NCBI GenBank assembly: GCA_944391435.1
Contig: CALXTP010000020.1
Span: forward strand, 1,683 to 65,682
DNA: 64,000 nt
Direction of reading: 5' to 3'
DNA from: an uncultured Alphaproteobacteria bacterium
GTDB lineage: Bacteria > Pseudomonadota > Alphaproteobacteria > RF32 > CAG-239
Made by a program: the position numbers and the translations under genes. A model generated the notes under the pieces. That model was not told where the DNA came from, made no database searches, and was given only the letters and a program-made list of their open reading frames with translations. How positions within the stretch are numbered: position 1 is the first letter of the stretch; every line of letters begins with the position of its first letter. Positions 7,549 to 17,637 of this stretch are shown one piece after another.

Positions 7549-8682
7549 ATGGAGAATAAAAAAGAAAGGCGCATATACCTTTGGTTGTTGTTTGTTTTAT
7601 GTCTTGTTTCTTTCGGATTAGGCTTTTGGTGTTTTAAGATAACTGATTTTGAAAAAAAATCGCCCGTATCTGAAAACAGCAGCCTTGTCCTTGATGCGAA
7701 ACCTATTGTTTCGCAAGATATTACCGTACAGAATAAATATGTCGGCTTTGTTGAATCAATTCATCAGGTTCAAATTGTTCCTTACATCAGCGGCTATTTA
7801 CAAGATATTTATATTAAACCCGGCCAATTTGTAAAAAAAGATACGCCGCTGTTAATGATTAACCCGGATGAATATCAGGCCCAACTTAAAGCGGCTCAAG
7901 CTTCTGTTTTGCGGGAACAGGCATCTGTTGATTATAATCTTGCCTATTATAAGAGGGTACAAGATTCCGGCGCAAAGGCCTTTTCCGATATGGAAAGAGA
8001 TAACGCAAAAAACAATTATAAACAGGCGGTGGCTTCTTTGAAAAATGCAGAAGCAAATCTTGCCGCGGCACAGGTTAATCTCGGATATACGTTTATAAGG
8101 GCGCCTATTTCAGGCTTGGTCGGCAATTTTTCTCTCAGTGCGGGCGATTATGTTTCTCCGTCAAGCGGCGTTTTATTGGATATTGTTCAAACAAATCCGA
8201 TACGTGTCGTTTTTTCTTTGACCGATACCGAATATTTTGACCTATTACAAAAAGACGAAGTGCTTTTTAAAAACTGTGTTATACAGATAAGAACCGCCGA
8301 CGGTAAACTTTTTGAGCATAACGGCACCTTTAAATACACTGACAACAAAATCAATAAATCTACAAATTCTCTTGCCGTATATGCCTACTTTCAAAATGAC
8401 AAAAACGAACTCTTGCCAAATTCTTTTGTAACAGTTGAGGTCTCTCGCGTTTTTAAAAACACTGTTTCCGTAGATAAAAGCTTTATTAAAATGAAACCGT
8501 CGGGAAATTATTTGAACATCCTCCGGCATAATATGCCACTGACAATTAAAGCAGAAATTATTGCCGATAACGGCAACCAATATATATTGAAAAACACCTT
8601 TCTTGCCGGAGATTTGTTATTGTTGTCTCCAGCTCCCAACACAACAGGACAGCCGGATTTTAAAATTAACATTATAAACTAA
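7549..8682 (+). CDS. RND efflux membrane-fusion (periplasmic adaptor) protein
   Basis: N-terminal membrane anchor and lipoyl-like motif YISGYLQDIYIKPGQFVKKDTPLLMI. Coiled-coil AQLKAAQASV... and IRAPISGLVGN. Directly upstream of the RND pump. Confidence 0.85.
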   Translation: MENKKERRIYLWLLFVLCLVSFGLGFWCFKITDFEKKSPVSENSSLVLDAKPIVSQDITVQNKYVGFVESIHQVQIVPYISGYLQDIYIKPGQFVKKDTPLLMINPDEYQAQLKAAQASVLREQASVDYNLAYYKRVQDSGAKAFSDMERDNAKNNYKQAVASLKNAEANLAAAQVNLGYTFIRAPISGLVGNFSLSAGDYVSPSSGVLLDIVQTNPIRVVFSLTDTEYFDLLQKDEVLFKNCVIQIRTADGKLFEHNGTFKYTDNKINKSTNSLAVYAYFQNDKNELLPNSFVTVEVSRVFKNTVSVDKSFIKMKPSGNYLNILRHNMPLTIKAEIIADNGNQYILKNTFLAGDLLLLSPAPNTTGQPDFKINIIN

Positions 8683-8706
8683 CCTTTTTAACAGGAGCTG
8701 CCGATT

Positions 8707-11700
8707 ATGTTTTCTAAATTTTTTATAGATCGCCCGCGTTTTGCCATGGTTATTTCCATTATTTTAATCATACTCGGTGCTCTAGCCATCAAAATTTTGC
8801 CGATTTCACAATTTCCCAGTATCACTCCACCGCAAATTACAGTGCAAACAACGTATTTAGGCGCTAATGCCCAAGTTCTTACAGATACAGTGGCTGTTCC
8901 GATAGAAAATCAAATGAACGGAGTAGAAGATATGCTGTATATGTCTTCTACATCTGACGATAACGGCTCATATACATTAACCGTTACATTTGATATAGGA
9001 ACAGACCCGGATATTGCCCAGGTTAAAGTTCAAAACCGATTGCAACAGGTTAACAGTGAACTGCCCAGCGAAGTTATACAAGAAGGGCTGGATGTATCTA
9101 CGGAAAATGCAGATATTTTAGGGTTAATTGTTTTGCGTTCGCCAAAAAATTCTTATTCTGACTTATTTTTAAGCAACTATGCTTATACCAATATAAAAAA
9201 TCCATTATTACGGCTGCCCGGCATCGGTCAAGTTCAGATTTTCGGTCCACAATACAGTATGCGCATTTGGCTGGATATTGATAAAATTACAGCTCTCGGC
9301 CTGAGCAGCTCCGATATTATTGAAGCCGTGCAAAACCAAAATATTCAAGCAGCTGTCGGCAGTATTGGCTCGGCTCCCAGCGACAAAAACACCAATATGG
9401 TTCTTTCGCTGACAGCTCAGGGCTTATTGAACAGTGTTGAAAATTTTGAAAATATCGTTGTTGCCATATCTGAAAACGGAGGAATAACTTATTTAAAAGA
9501 TGTAGCCCGCATAGAACTTGGGCAAAATTCGTATAACATCAACTCTAAATATGACAATGCACCGGCCGTTATTATTTCCCTAAATCAGACTCCGAACACA
9601 AATGCTTTGCAAACCATGGATTCCGTCCGTCAGGAAATTGAAGAACTAAGCAAAGATTTTCCGGAAGATATGGAAATAAAAGTTGCCTACGACTCTACGG
9701 ATTATGTTCGCGCTTCTATTGCGGCCATTGTGGATACGTTGTTTATTACTTTCGGGTTGGTTATTTTGGTTACATTTCTTTTTTTACAAAAAGTTAAAAC
9801 GACCCTTATTCCGCTGATTACCATTCCCGTATCCCTCTTTGCCACTTTTATCATTATTTATCTATTGGGATTTGATATCAATATATTAACCCTCTTTGCC
9901 ATGATTTTAGTTATCGGCCTTGTTGTTGATGACGCAATTATCGTCGTGGAACGCGTTCAATATCTTATGATAAATGAAAATCTCAATGCTTATGCAGCTA
10001 CGGTTAAGGCAATGCAACAAATAGGTAGCGCCATCGTTGCGACAACCTTTGTTTTATTGGCTATTTTTGTACCTGTCGGCCTGATGGCGGGCATAACAGG
10101 AAAAATATATCAACAATTTGCCGTTGCTATCGGTACCGCGGTTATCTTTTCTGCATTTAACGCCCTAACACTGAGTCCGGCTCTTTGCGCCATATTTTTG
10201 AAAAATGAAACAACACACACCGGGTATGCTTTTTTTAACCTTTTTAATTCCGGATTAGATTTTTTAAAAAATATTTATACGAAAATTGTCGGCTTTTTTG
10301 CTAAATTTCTTGTTTTTACAGCGTTGATTATATTTGCAGTGTTGGCTGTCATTTTTTTATTTTTTCAGACCACTGCAACTTCTTTTTTACCGGAAGAAGA
10401 CCAAGGCATTATTTTTGCAAATGTCCAACTGGACTCAACTTCCAGCATTAACCAGACAAATTCTGTTTTGGAAGAGATGAGTTCTAAAATTTTAGATATG
10501 GAAGGAATTAAATATGTTATTACCGTGGCCGGTTACAGCCTTTTAGGCGGCGGCGGGGAAAATGTTGCGCTCGCCGTTATCGGATTGCAAAACTGGAACC
10601 AAAGAACTAATAAAAACTTATCTATTGAAGGAATTACGGCATCTTTGGAACATACTTTTTCTCATTATGCCAAAGCTGATTTAAATTTCTTTGCACCACC
10701 TTCAATTCCCGGAATCGGACAGAGCAACGGACTATCGCTTGAACTGGTGGCCACTGACACATCGGCCACACCTCAGCAACTTGATTCTGCTCTAAAAAAA
10801 TATCTGCAAGAAGTAACCAAACACCCATCCATGGCTTATGCTTTCAGCACCTATACAGCGGATACACCGCATCTTTATCTTAATATTGACCGAAATAAGC
10901 TGCAAACTTATGATATTCCCGTTTCTTCTTTATATGAAACGCTGCAAAGTAATCTCGGCGCTACATATATCAACAATATTACGCTTGACGGCCAGGTAAA
11001 CCGCGTTATTTTGCAGGCGGATTTTGACTATCGCGACAGTATTGATGATGTCAAAAACCTTTATGTGAAATCTACAAAAGGCGATTTGATTAAAATAGGC
11101 AGCTTTGCCGATGTTTCTACGACAATTTCACCTCAAATAATGTACCGGTATAATTTATATGCTTCTGCCGGCATTACGGCACAAGCCGCTGCAGGAACCA
11201 GCAGCGGACAAGCCATGGATACAATGGAAAATTTGGCTGAAAAATTTTTGCCGCGCGGATTTTCTATAAATTGGACGGCTTTGTCCTTACAAGAAAAAGA
11301 GACGCAAGGTTTAGTCGGTATTTTAATTTCGCTGGCTGTTATCTTTTGTTATTTATTTTTGGTTGCTTTGTACGAGAGCTGGATGCTCGCCTTTTCCGTA
11401 ATGTTTTCCACGGTATTTGCCGTCCTCGGCGCTTTTATCGGACTACACCTTTTTCATCTACCGTTGAGCATTTACGCTCAGCTTGGGATTATTCTCCTCA
11501 TCGGACTGGCTGCCAAAAATGCTATCCTTATCGTTGAATTTACCAAAGAATATCGCGATAAAGGCCTGGATATTGTGGAGGCATCGCAAAAAGGTGCCGA
11601 AGAGAGATTTCGTGCCGTTTTAATGACCGCTGCGACTTTTATTCTCGGCGTCTTTCCCATGGTTGTCGCTACCGGCCCGGGGGCTAGCTCGCAAATATCC

Positions 11701-11850
11701 ATAGGCGTTACCGTATTTTTCGGAATGATTATCGCAACGCTTGTCGGCATTATTTTTATTCCTGCTTTATTTGCCTTGTTTGAACATATCAAAGAGCATT
11801 TTTATCCGGCAAATAAAAACTGTTCCGCCAAGGAGATTTCTCATGCGTAG
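8707..11850 (+). CDS. RND (HAE1/AcrB-family) multidrug efflux permease
   Basis: 1047 aa. Typical N-terminus [24 protein letters not shown], conserved [12 protein letters not shown], and 12-TM architecture with two large periplasmic loops. Confidence 0.95.
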   Translation: MFSKFFIDRPRFAMVISIILIILGALAIKILPISQFPSITPPQITVQTTYLGANAQVLTDTVAVPIENQMNGVEDMLYMSSTSDDNGSYTLTVTFDIGTDPDIAQVKVQNRLQQVNSELPSEVIQEGLDVSTENADILGLIVLRSPKNSYSDLFLSNYAYTNIKNPLLRLPGIGQVQIFGPQYSMRIWLDIDKITALGLSSSDIIEAVQNQNIQAAVGSIGSAPSDKNTNMVLSLTAQGLLNSVENFENIVVAISENGGITYLKDVARIELGQNSYNINSKYDNAPAVIISLNQTPNTNALQTMDSVRQEIEELSKDFPEDMEIKVAYDSTDYVRASIAAIVDTLFITFGLVILVTFLFLQKVKTTLIPLITIPVSLFATFIIIYLLGFDINILTLFAMILVIGLVVDDAIIVVERVQYLMINENLNAYAATVKAMQQIGSAIVATTFVLLAIFVPVGLMAGITGKIYQQFAVAIGTAVIFSAFNALTLSPALCAIFLKNETTHTGYAFFNLFNSGLDFLKNIYTKIVGFFAKFLVFTALIIFAVLAVIFLFFQTTATSFLPEEDQGIIFANVQLDSTSSINQTNSVLEEMSSKILDMEGIKYVITVAGYSLLGGGGENVALAVIGLQNWNQRTNKNLSIEGITASLEHTFSHYAKADLNFFAPPSIPGIGQSNGLSLELVATDTSATPQQLDSALKKYLQEVTKHPSMAYAFSTYTADTPHLYLNIDRNKLQTYDIPVSSLYETLQSNLGATYINNITLDGQVNRVILQADFDYRDSIDDVKNLYVKSTKGDLIKIGSFADVSTTISPQIMYRYNLYASAGITAQAAAGTSSGQAMDTMENLAEKFLPRGFSINWTALSLQEKETQGLVGILISLAVIFCYLFLVALYESWMLAFSVMFSTVFAVLGAFIGLHLFHLPLSIYAQLGIILLIGLAAKNAILIVEFTKEYRDKGLDIVEASQKGAEERFRAVLMTAATFILGVFPMVVATGPGASSQISIGVTVFFGMIIATLVGIIFIPALFALFEHIKEHFYPANKNCSAKEISHA

Positions 11851-13234
11851 ATATGTGCTAATCCTTATCGTTCTGATAACTGCTTCCTGCCGTGTCGGGG
11901 AAGAGTATCAGGCCGCTTCTTTTATCACGGACAGCGATGTCCAGAAAAACTTAAATATTCAGCCATCAAAATCTCCGATTGATGTTCATTGGTATAAATC
12001 TTTTAAAGACACCGATTTAAATACACTGCTCACACACGCTCTAAACCATAATCTTTCTATTCAGCAGGCTATTGAACGCCTGCAACAATCACGGTATAAT
12101 CTCAAAATACAATCCAAAAATAATTATCCAATGATTGATGTTTCCGGCAATTATGATTTTAATAAAGCCAGCAACAACCAAGATTTTGCTTATGATGTTA
12201 ATGATTTCAAAATCGGCGCAGATGTTTCCTGGGAATTGGATATTTGGGGAAAAGGCGCTTATGTAACCGAGCAATATTATGAATTTATGAAAAATTATCA
12301 ATTTTCTCTTTCTGATATAAAAGTTTCCGTGGTTGCCGAAGTCATTAATAATTATATAAGCCTCAGAGAGACGCAGGAAATGTTGCGTATCACGCTGAAC
12401 AATTTGAAATTACAAAAGGAAATTTATAGCATTGTTAAACAAAAACATTCTGTCGGACTTGCAGATGATTTAGCCCTCAGCCAAGCAGAATATGTTGTAG
12501 AAACAACAACATCCGGTATTCCGCCTTTAAAACAAGACATTGAGCTTTATAAAAATGCCCTTGCCGCGCTTCTGGGCGTATTACCTGAAAATTTGCCCGT
12601 TAATTTAGATACATATAAGAAAAATATCATATCAAACCATGTACCAGTTAAGACAAAACAACTTTATACCCTGCCACTTAGCGTGGTGCGCAACCGGCCG
12701 GATATTCGTGCAGCAGAGGTTCAAATTAAAGCACAAAATGCGGCTGTAAATGAAGCTATTACTAATTTATATCCAACTCTTAATCTCAGCGCCACATTTG
12801 GCTTTATTTCCTCAAGCGGGCATTCTTTGTTCAATCGGGACAGCCAGATATACGGCTATACGCCGGGGCTAAGCCTGCCCGTCTGGCACTGGGGACAGCT
12901 CGTTAATAATGTTGAACTGCAAAAACATATTAAGGAAGAGTATATTTTAAATTATAATGATGCTATGTTAACCGCTTTGACTGAAATACGAAATGCTATT
13001 ACGGCTGTTGAGCAATCTCAAAAAAACAGTATTCACAAACAGAATGCGTACAATAAAATGCGCAATATTATGACATTAACACAAACAAAATATGAAAACG
13101 GTCTTGTTGATTTTACAGATGTGGCCACTGCAGAGCAAAATTTATTGGCTGCGCAAAAAGATATGATTTCAAGTCATGCCGATGTTTTACAAAATCTGAC
13201 AGCTTTTTATAAGGCTGTCGGAGGAGAATATTAG
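11843..13234 (+). CDS. RND efflux outer-membrane factor lipoprotein (NodT/OprM family)
   Basis: Start moved from ORF-track 11741 to ATG 11843, which has an AAGGAG RBS and the lipoprotein signal [16 protein letters not shown]. Overlaps the pump stop by 8 nt (ATGCGTAG). Shows the two-repeat OEP pattern. Confidence 0.85.
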   Translation: MRRYVLILIVLITASCRVGEEYQAASFITDSDVQKNLNIQPSKSPIDVHWYKSFKDTDLNTLLTHALNHNLSIQQAIERLQQSRYNLKIQSKNNYPMIDVSGNYDFNKASNNQDFAYDVNDFKIGADVSWELDIWGKGAYVTEQYYEFMKNYQFSLSDIKVSVVAEVINNYISLRETQEMLRITLNNLKLQKEIYSIVKQKHSVGLADDLALSQAEYVVETTTSGIPPLKQDIELYKNALAALLGVLPENLPVNLDTYKKNIISNHVPVKTKQLYTLPLSVVRNRPDIRAAEVQIKAQNAAVNEAITNLYPTLNLSATFGFISSSGHSLFNRDSQIYGYTPGLSLPVWHWGQLVNNVELQKHIKEEYILNYNDAMLTALTEIRNAITAVEQSQKNSIHKQNAYNKMRNIMTLTQTKYENGLVDFTDVATAEQNLLAAQKDMISSHADVLQNLTAFYKAVGGEY

Positions 13235-13297
13235 CCTTATACTTGATTGATGACACTTTTTGTGTTATTTTAAATATTATTGGATGGAGGACTTTTT

Positions 13298-14563
13298 ATG
13301 AACACATCTCAAAAAACAAAGTTATTATATGAACTGGCTAAAACGAATCATGCACTATTGCCTTATAAGCCATTTGAACAAAACAGCTTTCCTGAAAATC
13401 AAAAAGAAAATATAGAATTGACAATACGAAAGAATGCTGCCAGACGAGAAGAATTGATAAACAAAGAGAATACCCGCCCTTTTTTAGATATTTCAAACTG
13501 TGATGTTAATATTGATATAAGCCCCATGCGTGCAGGCGACATTGTTTTTACTTCCCATACAAATTTTTCAAACGCCGTGTTGCCTAAAGACTTTAACCCT
13601 TCGCTCTTTATTGAAAAAGGAAAAAATGCCGGACAAGGCATTAAAGAGCTGCATAAGAATGGCATTACCGGAAAAGGAATAAAAATAGCCATTATTGACG
13701 AAGGCCTGCCAGATCACAGGGAATATCATGATAATATAAAGCATTATGAGCAATTTGGTGATTTTTCTTGCGGAAGTTTTCATGGGGCAGGGGTTACATC
13801 TTTGGCCGTCGGCACCAATTGCGGCATAGCTCCTGATGCTGAAGTTTATTATTTTGCTGAATCATCAAATTCTTCAAATAGAAAAGAGCTAACCGTCGGA
13901 ACCATTCCTCTTGCCATTCAACGCTGTATTGAAATAAACCGGCTGTTACCGGAAAAAGAAAAAATTACAGCCATATCTTGTTCGCAAGCATGCCTGCCGA
14001 CAATGGACGGATATGAAGATTTTGAAAAAATGAGAAAACTTGCCGAGCAAGAAGGCATTGAATTTATAAGTGTCCTTTTATTTAAAGAAAAAGGGTTGTC
14101 TTACAATGGCTATAACCGGGATTTAAATAAAGATATGGACAGCCCCGATAATATATTGCCTCTTGAAACTAAATATATTGACCACCGCGTCAAACCTGAC
14201 TGGTTTAGCAGTGACGATAAAAAGACCCTTCTGTTTCCAGTTGAACACAGGACGGCGGCTTTAAATACGGGTTATGATGACTATAAACATTATGCTTTGG
14301 GTGGATACAGCTGGATTATTCCACAAATTACCGCTACCTTTGCTTTGGCAAAACAAGCTCATCCGGAGTGCACGTTGGAACATATGTGGCAAACCGGCCT
14401 GAAAACAGGAATCTATCGCACTGACTTGCACGGTGTAGCTCTTCAACCCCCAAAAATGATTGCCGAATTGCAACGGGAATATGCACTCTGCCAACGGAAA
14501 ATGCACAGTCTAAATCAAGATATATCTTTTGTTTTTAACAAATCTTCACAGCGGAATTTTTGA
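13298..14563 (+). CDS. Divergent subtilisin-like (S8) serine peptidase candidate, no signal peptide seen
   Basis: Start moved to ATG 13298 (GGAGG at 13286-13290; the track ORF begins at TTG 13280). Asp/His/Ser motifs occur in subtilase order: IAIIDEGL, SFHGAGVTS, GGYSWIIPQ (Ser codon AGC at 14309-14311). The family call is tentative. Confidence 0.55.
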   Translation: MNTSQKTKLLYELAKTNHALLPYKPFEQNSFPENQKENIELTIRKNAARREELINKENTRPFLDISNCDVNIDISPMRAGDIVFTSHTNFSNAVLPKDFNPSLFIEKGKNAGQGIKELHKNGITGKGIKIAIIDEGLPDHREYHDNIKHYEQFGDFSCGSFHGAGVTSLAVGTNCGIAPDAEVYYFAESSNSSNRKELTVGTIPLAIQRCIEINRLLPEKEKITAISCSQACLPTMDGYEDFEKMRKLAEQEGIEFISVLLFKEKGLSYNGYNRDLNKDMDSPDNILPLETKYIDHRVKPDWFSSDDKKTLLFPVEHRTAALNTGYDDYKHYALGGYSWIIPQITATFALAKQAHPECTLEHMWQTGLKTGIYRTDLHGVALQPPKMIAELQREYALCQRKMHSLNQDISFVFNKSSQRNF

Positions 14564-15019
14564 TTACGGATAAGTGCTGTCCAACGGTGCATCCTGGTTA
14601 ACGCTTTGCGGCTTATAAATAAATAAATTGCTGGCCTCGGGAATATCTGTCGTTCTTTCAACGTATCCTTTTTTGAGCATGCATTTTTGATATTTGCTCG
14701 GACTGGCGTCCGAATCGTCGCGAACCGAATTTACCAATATGGGCATAGCTCCCGGATATGGCACAAAGCTAGCCCATATACCGTGCTCTTTATGCCATTT
14801 TACAACAATATTGTAGCGTTGCTCTTCTGTGTAAAACCAACTTTTGAAATTCGGAAAGAATTTGAACGCTTCGGCCTGACGCATACATTCTGAGTGATCT
14901 CTCGCAAACTTTATGCCTCCCGTGTTATAACGGTCCCAATGAAAGACCACCTGCCCTTTTCTTCCCCCGGAACAGGCTGCCAATAAAATACAAAATATTG
15001 CCACTCCTATTTTTTTCAT
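14564..15019 (-). CDS. Hypothetical lipoprotein, 151 aa
   Basis: Start taken at ATG 15019 (the track ORF begins at TTG 15025). Lipobox ILLAAC-SG. No family recognised. Lies 2 nt downstream of the GST stop. Confidence 0.6.
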   Translation of the reverse strand: MKKIGVAIFCILLAACSGGRKGQVVFHWDRYNTGGIKFARDHSECMRQAEAFKFFPNFKSWFYTEEQRYNIVVKWHKEHGIWASFVPYPGAMPILVNSVRDDSDASPSKYQKCMLKKGYVERTTDIPEASNLFIYKPQSVNQDAPLDSTYP

Positions 15020-15021
15020 GC

Positions 15022-15687
15022 TCAAAAGTCCAAATCAGCATATGTTGCCGACGGTGTTATCCCTTTTATGTTATCCTTCAAAATATCCTTAAAACTCGGA
15101 CGTGATTTTATTTTTGCATACCACAGTTTTGTATTTTTGTAATCACTCCAGGGCACGTCCCCCAAATAATCAACTATTGACAGATGCGCCGCCGCCGCCA
15201 AATCTGCCATTGTTAAATTTTTGCCGGCAAGATAATTATTCCGATCTGTTAAATATTCCAGGTACTCCATATGATATTTCAGATTGTTTACTCCGGCTTT
15301 TAGTATCTTTGAATTCGGAGCTTCTTTATATTGAAACCTTTTTATTACTTTTTCGGCAACAATGTATTTGTACACTTCATTATAAAATTTTACATCAAAC
15401 CATTCCATAATCCGACGGACTTCTGCCCTTTCCAATATGTCTTCCGGCAGTAATTTATACTGAGGATTGCTTTCTTCCAAATACTCCGTTATAGCATAAT
15501 CCCCAGCTACCACTTTTCCGTCAAACACAAGTATCGGCAAATTTCCCGCCGGATTTATATTTAAAATATCCTGAGATAGCTTCCATGGTTCTTCTTCTTT
15601 TAACACAAATAGCATTTTTTTCTCTGCCATAATCAGCCTGATTTTTCGCGACTGAGGTGAAACACTGTGATGAACTAAAAGAACCAT
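15022..15687 (-). CDS. Glutathione S-transferase family protein
   Basis: Thioredoxin-like N-domain (SPQSRKIRLIMAEKKMLF...NPAGNLPILVFDGKVVAGDYAITEYLEE) and helical C-domain (LTMADLAAAAHLSIVDYLG). Confidence 0.8.
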   Translation of the reverse strand: MVLLVHHSVSPQSRKIRLIMAEKKMLFVLKEEEPWKLSQDILNINPAGNLPILVFDGKVVAGDYAITEYLEESNPQYKLLPEDILERAEVRRIMEWFDVKFYNEVYKYIVAEKVIKRFQYKEAPNSKILKAGVNNLKYHMEYLEYLTDRNNYLAGKNLTMADLAAAAHLSIVDYLGDVPWSDYKNTKLWYAKIKSRPSFKDILKDNIKGITPSATYADLDF

Positions 15688-15729
15688 TTTAATAATCTCT
15701 CCTTTTCTAAGCCATATTATAATTTAAAT

Positions 15730-16728
15730 TTATTTTTTCAAGTCTTTCTTATCTCCCATTATCGGGGGCGAAACTGTCGCATTTTCCTCTTCAACGTTTT
15801 GACTTTGCTCTTCATTTTTTTGTGTTGTGGTTGTTTTTATATAGGTTGGAGGCACAACGCCTTTGGTGTTCTCTTTATATATTTCTACTAATTCCCGCAA
15901 AGCTTCATCTCTGATTTTTTTATATCTGGGGCTTTTTAAGTATCTTTTTAAATATTCCACCCGCGAGTATCTTTCTATCTTCGGGAAAGCCCTAAAGAAC
16001 ATCGGCATTTTCCATACAGCCTCTTTGCTGAATGTCACATAATCGCGTATACCTAATTTATAAGCCTCTATTATACCCGAATAATAGCTGCCGACAATAT
16101 AATCAGCTTCACCGCTTAATAATTGCTTATATGCTTCGGGGAAGTTTTTTACTTTCTTTATGCCAAAATTAGAAAAATCTTTTAATACAAAACTGGAAAA
16201 TTTGTCTGTATCCGCATATACGCCTCTGAATTTCTTCAAATCTTCTTTATTATTTATATCCGGGTTGCTGCTGGCCGAGGTGATAACGTGAACAGGATTT
16301 TCAAAAAATGACGGATATATATACACATTTTGTGAATACGGAATATTTTCATAATACACTCCGAAGAGCGTATTGACTCCGGAAAAGGACGAGACTACCC
16401 CTTCTTCAAACTTTTGTACTGCATTCGGATAATTTCTCGGATAATAAAAATCAACGATAATATGTTCTTTTTCTGCCAAATCTCTAAATATTTTAGAAAA
16501 TACAGACCCTTGCGATGCCGACGACCATGGGAAATTATCCGGATCTGCAAGAGAGGTTATGATATATCTGTCTTTCCAATCGTACCCTGATATTTTTTCA
16601 TAATGAGGTTGGTTGTATCCATTAACCTCTTTGCCCTTCATCCAAATTCCACTATCTGTTTCAGCCTGAACAGTTGCTGCGCCTAAAGCTCCGACCAGAC
16701 AAAAGAACAATGCTTTTATATTTTTCAT
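15730..16728 (-). CDS. Secreted periplasmic-binding-protein-like protein (orphan, no transporter partner adjacent)
   Basis: Signal peptide MKNIKALFFCLVGALGAATVQA-ET. The body resembles a type-2 solute-binding fold (LLSGEADYIVGSYYSGIIEAYKLG). K/E/Q-rich C-terminal tail. Confidence 0.6.
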   Translation of the reverse strand: MKNIKALFFCLVGALGAATVQAETDSGIWMKGKEVNGYNQPHYEKISGYDWKDRYIITSLADPDNFPWSSASQGSVFSKIFRDLAEKEHIIVDFYYPRNYPNAVQKFEEGVVSSFSGVNTLFGVYYENIPYSQNVYIYPSFFENPVHVITSASSNPDINNKEDLKKFRGVYADTDKFSSFVLKDFSNFGIKKVKNFPEAYKQLLSGEADYIVGSYYSGIIEAYKLGIRDYVTFSKEAVWKMPMFFRAFPKIERYSRVEYLKRYLKSPRYKKIRDEALRELVEIYKENTKGVVPPTYIKTTTTQKNEEQSQNVEEENATVSPPIMGDKKDLKK

Positions 16729-16800
16729 TATCCCCCCGTATCATAAAAAAAGAATCTTTGTATTATTTAAATATAATGTTATTATGTTAAAAAATAATTT

Positions 16801-17637
16801 ATGCTGGTTTTATTTGCAGGAGCAACTTTATTGGATAATTCAACCGATTTGATTTATAAAAACTTATTTCTCAGCAGGGAATTTCCCCATCATATTTCTG
16901 TTTTTATTTCCGGAGCGGAAAGAATCGGTTCCTCTTGGTGTGCCCTAAATTTGACTTATGCTCTGAATAATGCAAAAAAACGCGTTTTATTGGTAGATGG
17001 GAACGGCAATTTTTCTAATATTTCCTCTTATCTTATGTTACAAAACACCTCTTATCTGGAAGATTATATCCACGGAAAAAAAACGCTCAACCAACTTGTT
17101 ACGGCTTATAAAAATCAAAACTTCCATATTCTAACCGCCAAACCCGGAAATAATTATCTGGCAAATCTTCCATTGGGGCGGGTTCAAATTCTCGCCGAAG
17201 ACTTATTGATACTTTCTGAGGCATATCAGCACACTATTATTGACCTCGGAACAGAGCTTACCGATAAAAATTTGAGCTTGTGCCAAATTGCTGATAATAT
17301 TTTGATTATGTGCTCGGAAAACACAGCTGATTTGGTCAGTACATTTGAACTTATCCGCTTTATAAACAAAACGGGAATAAATGCTAATTATAATTTAATA
17401 ATTAACAAGGTAAATTCTTTTGAGGACGGATACAAAGTTTATGAAAAACTAAATAAGGCTGCAGAACGGTACAGTTTGGTTTGTCCCAGTTTAATCGGAA
17501 TTGTCCGTTTTGATGCCAGAATAAGAGATACTATCCGCAATAAAGAACTTTTATTATCACGCTATCCGACTTCAGAGGCAGCTTTAGATATTTGCAATAT
17601 TGCAAAGAAATTAGACCAGGAGATAAAAAATGGCTGA
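16801..17637 (+). CDS. MinD/FlhG/ParA-superfamily protein with degenerate Walker A (predicted pseudo-ATPase)
   Basis: Fold-level motifs VLLVDGNGNFSN, HTIIDLGTE and C-terminal LIGIVRFDARIRDTIRNKELLLSRYPTSEAA. At the deviant Walker A position the sequence is SGAERIGSS (16909-16938) instead of GKGGVGKT. Confidence 0.7.
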   Translation: MLVLFAGATLLDNSTDLIYKNLFLSREFPHHISVFISGAERIGSSWCALNLTYALNNAKKRVLLVDGNGNFSNISSYLMLQNTSYLEDYIHGKKTLNQLVTAYKNQNFHILTAKPGNNYLANLPLGRVQILAEDLLILSEAYQHTIIDLGTELTDKNLSLCQIADNILIMCSENTADLVSTFELIRFINKTGINANYNLIINKVNSFEDGYKVYEKLNKAAERYSLVCPSLIGIVRFDARIRDTIRNKELLLSRYPTSEAALDICNIAKKLDQEIKNG

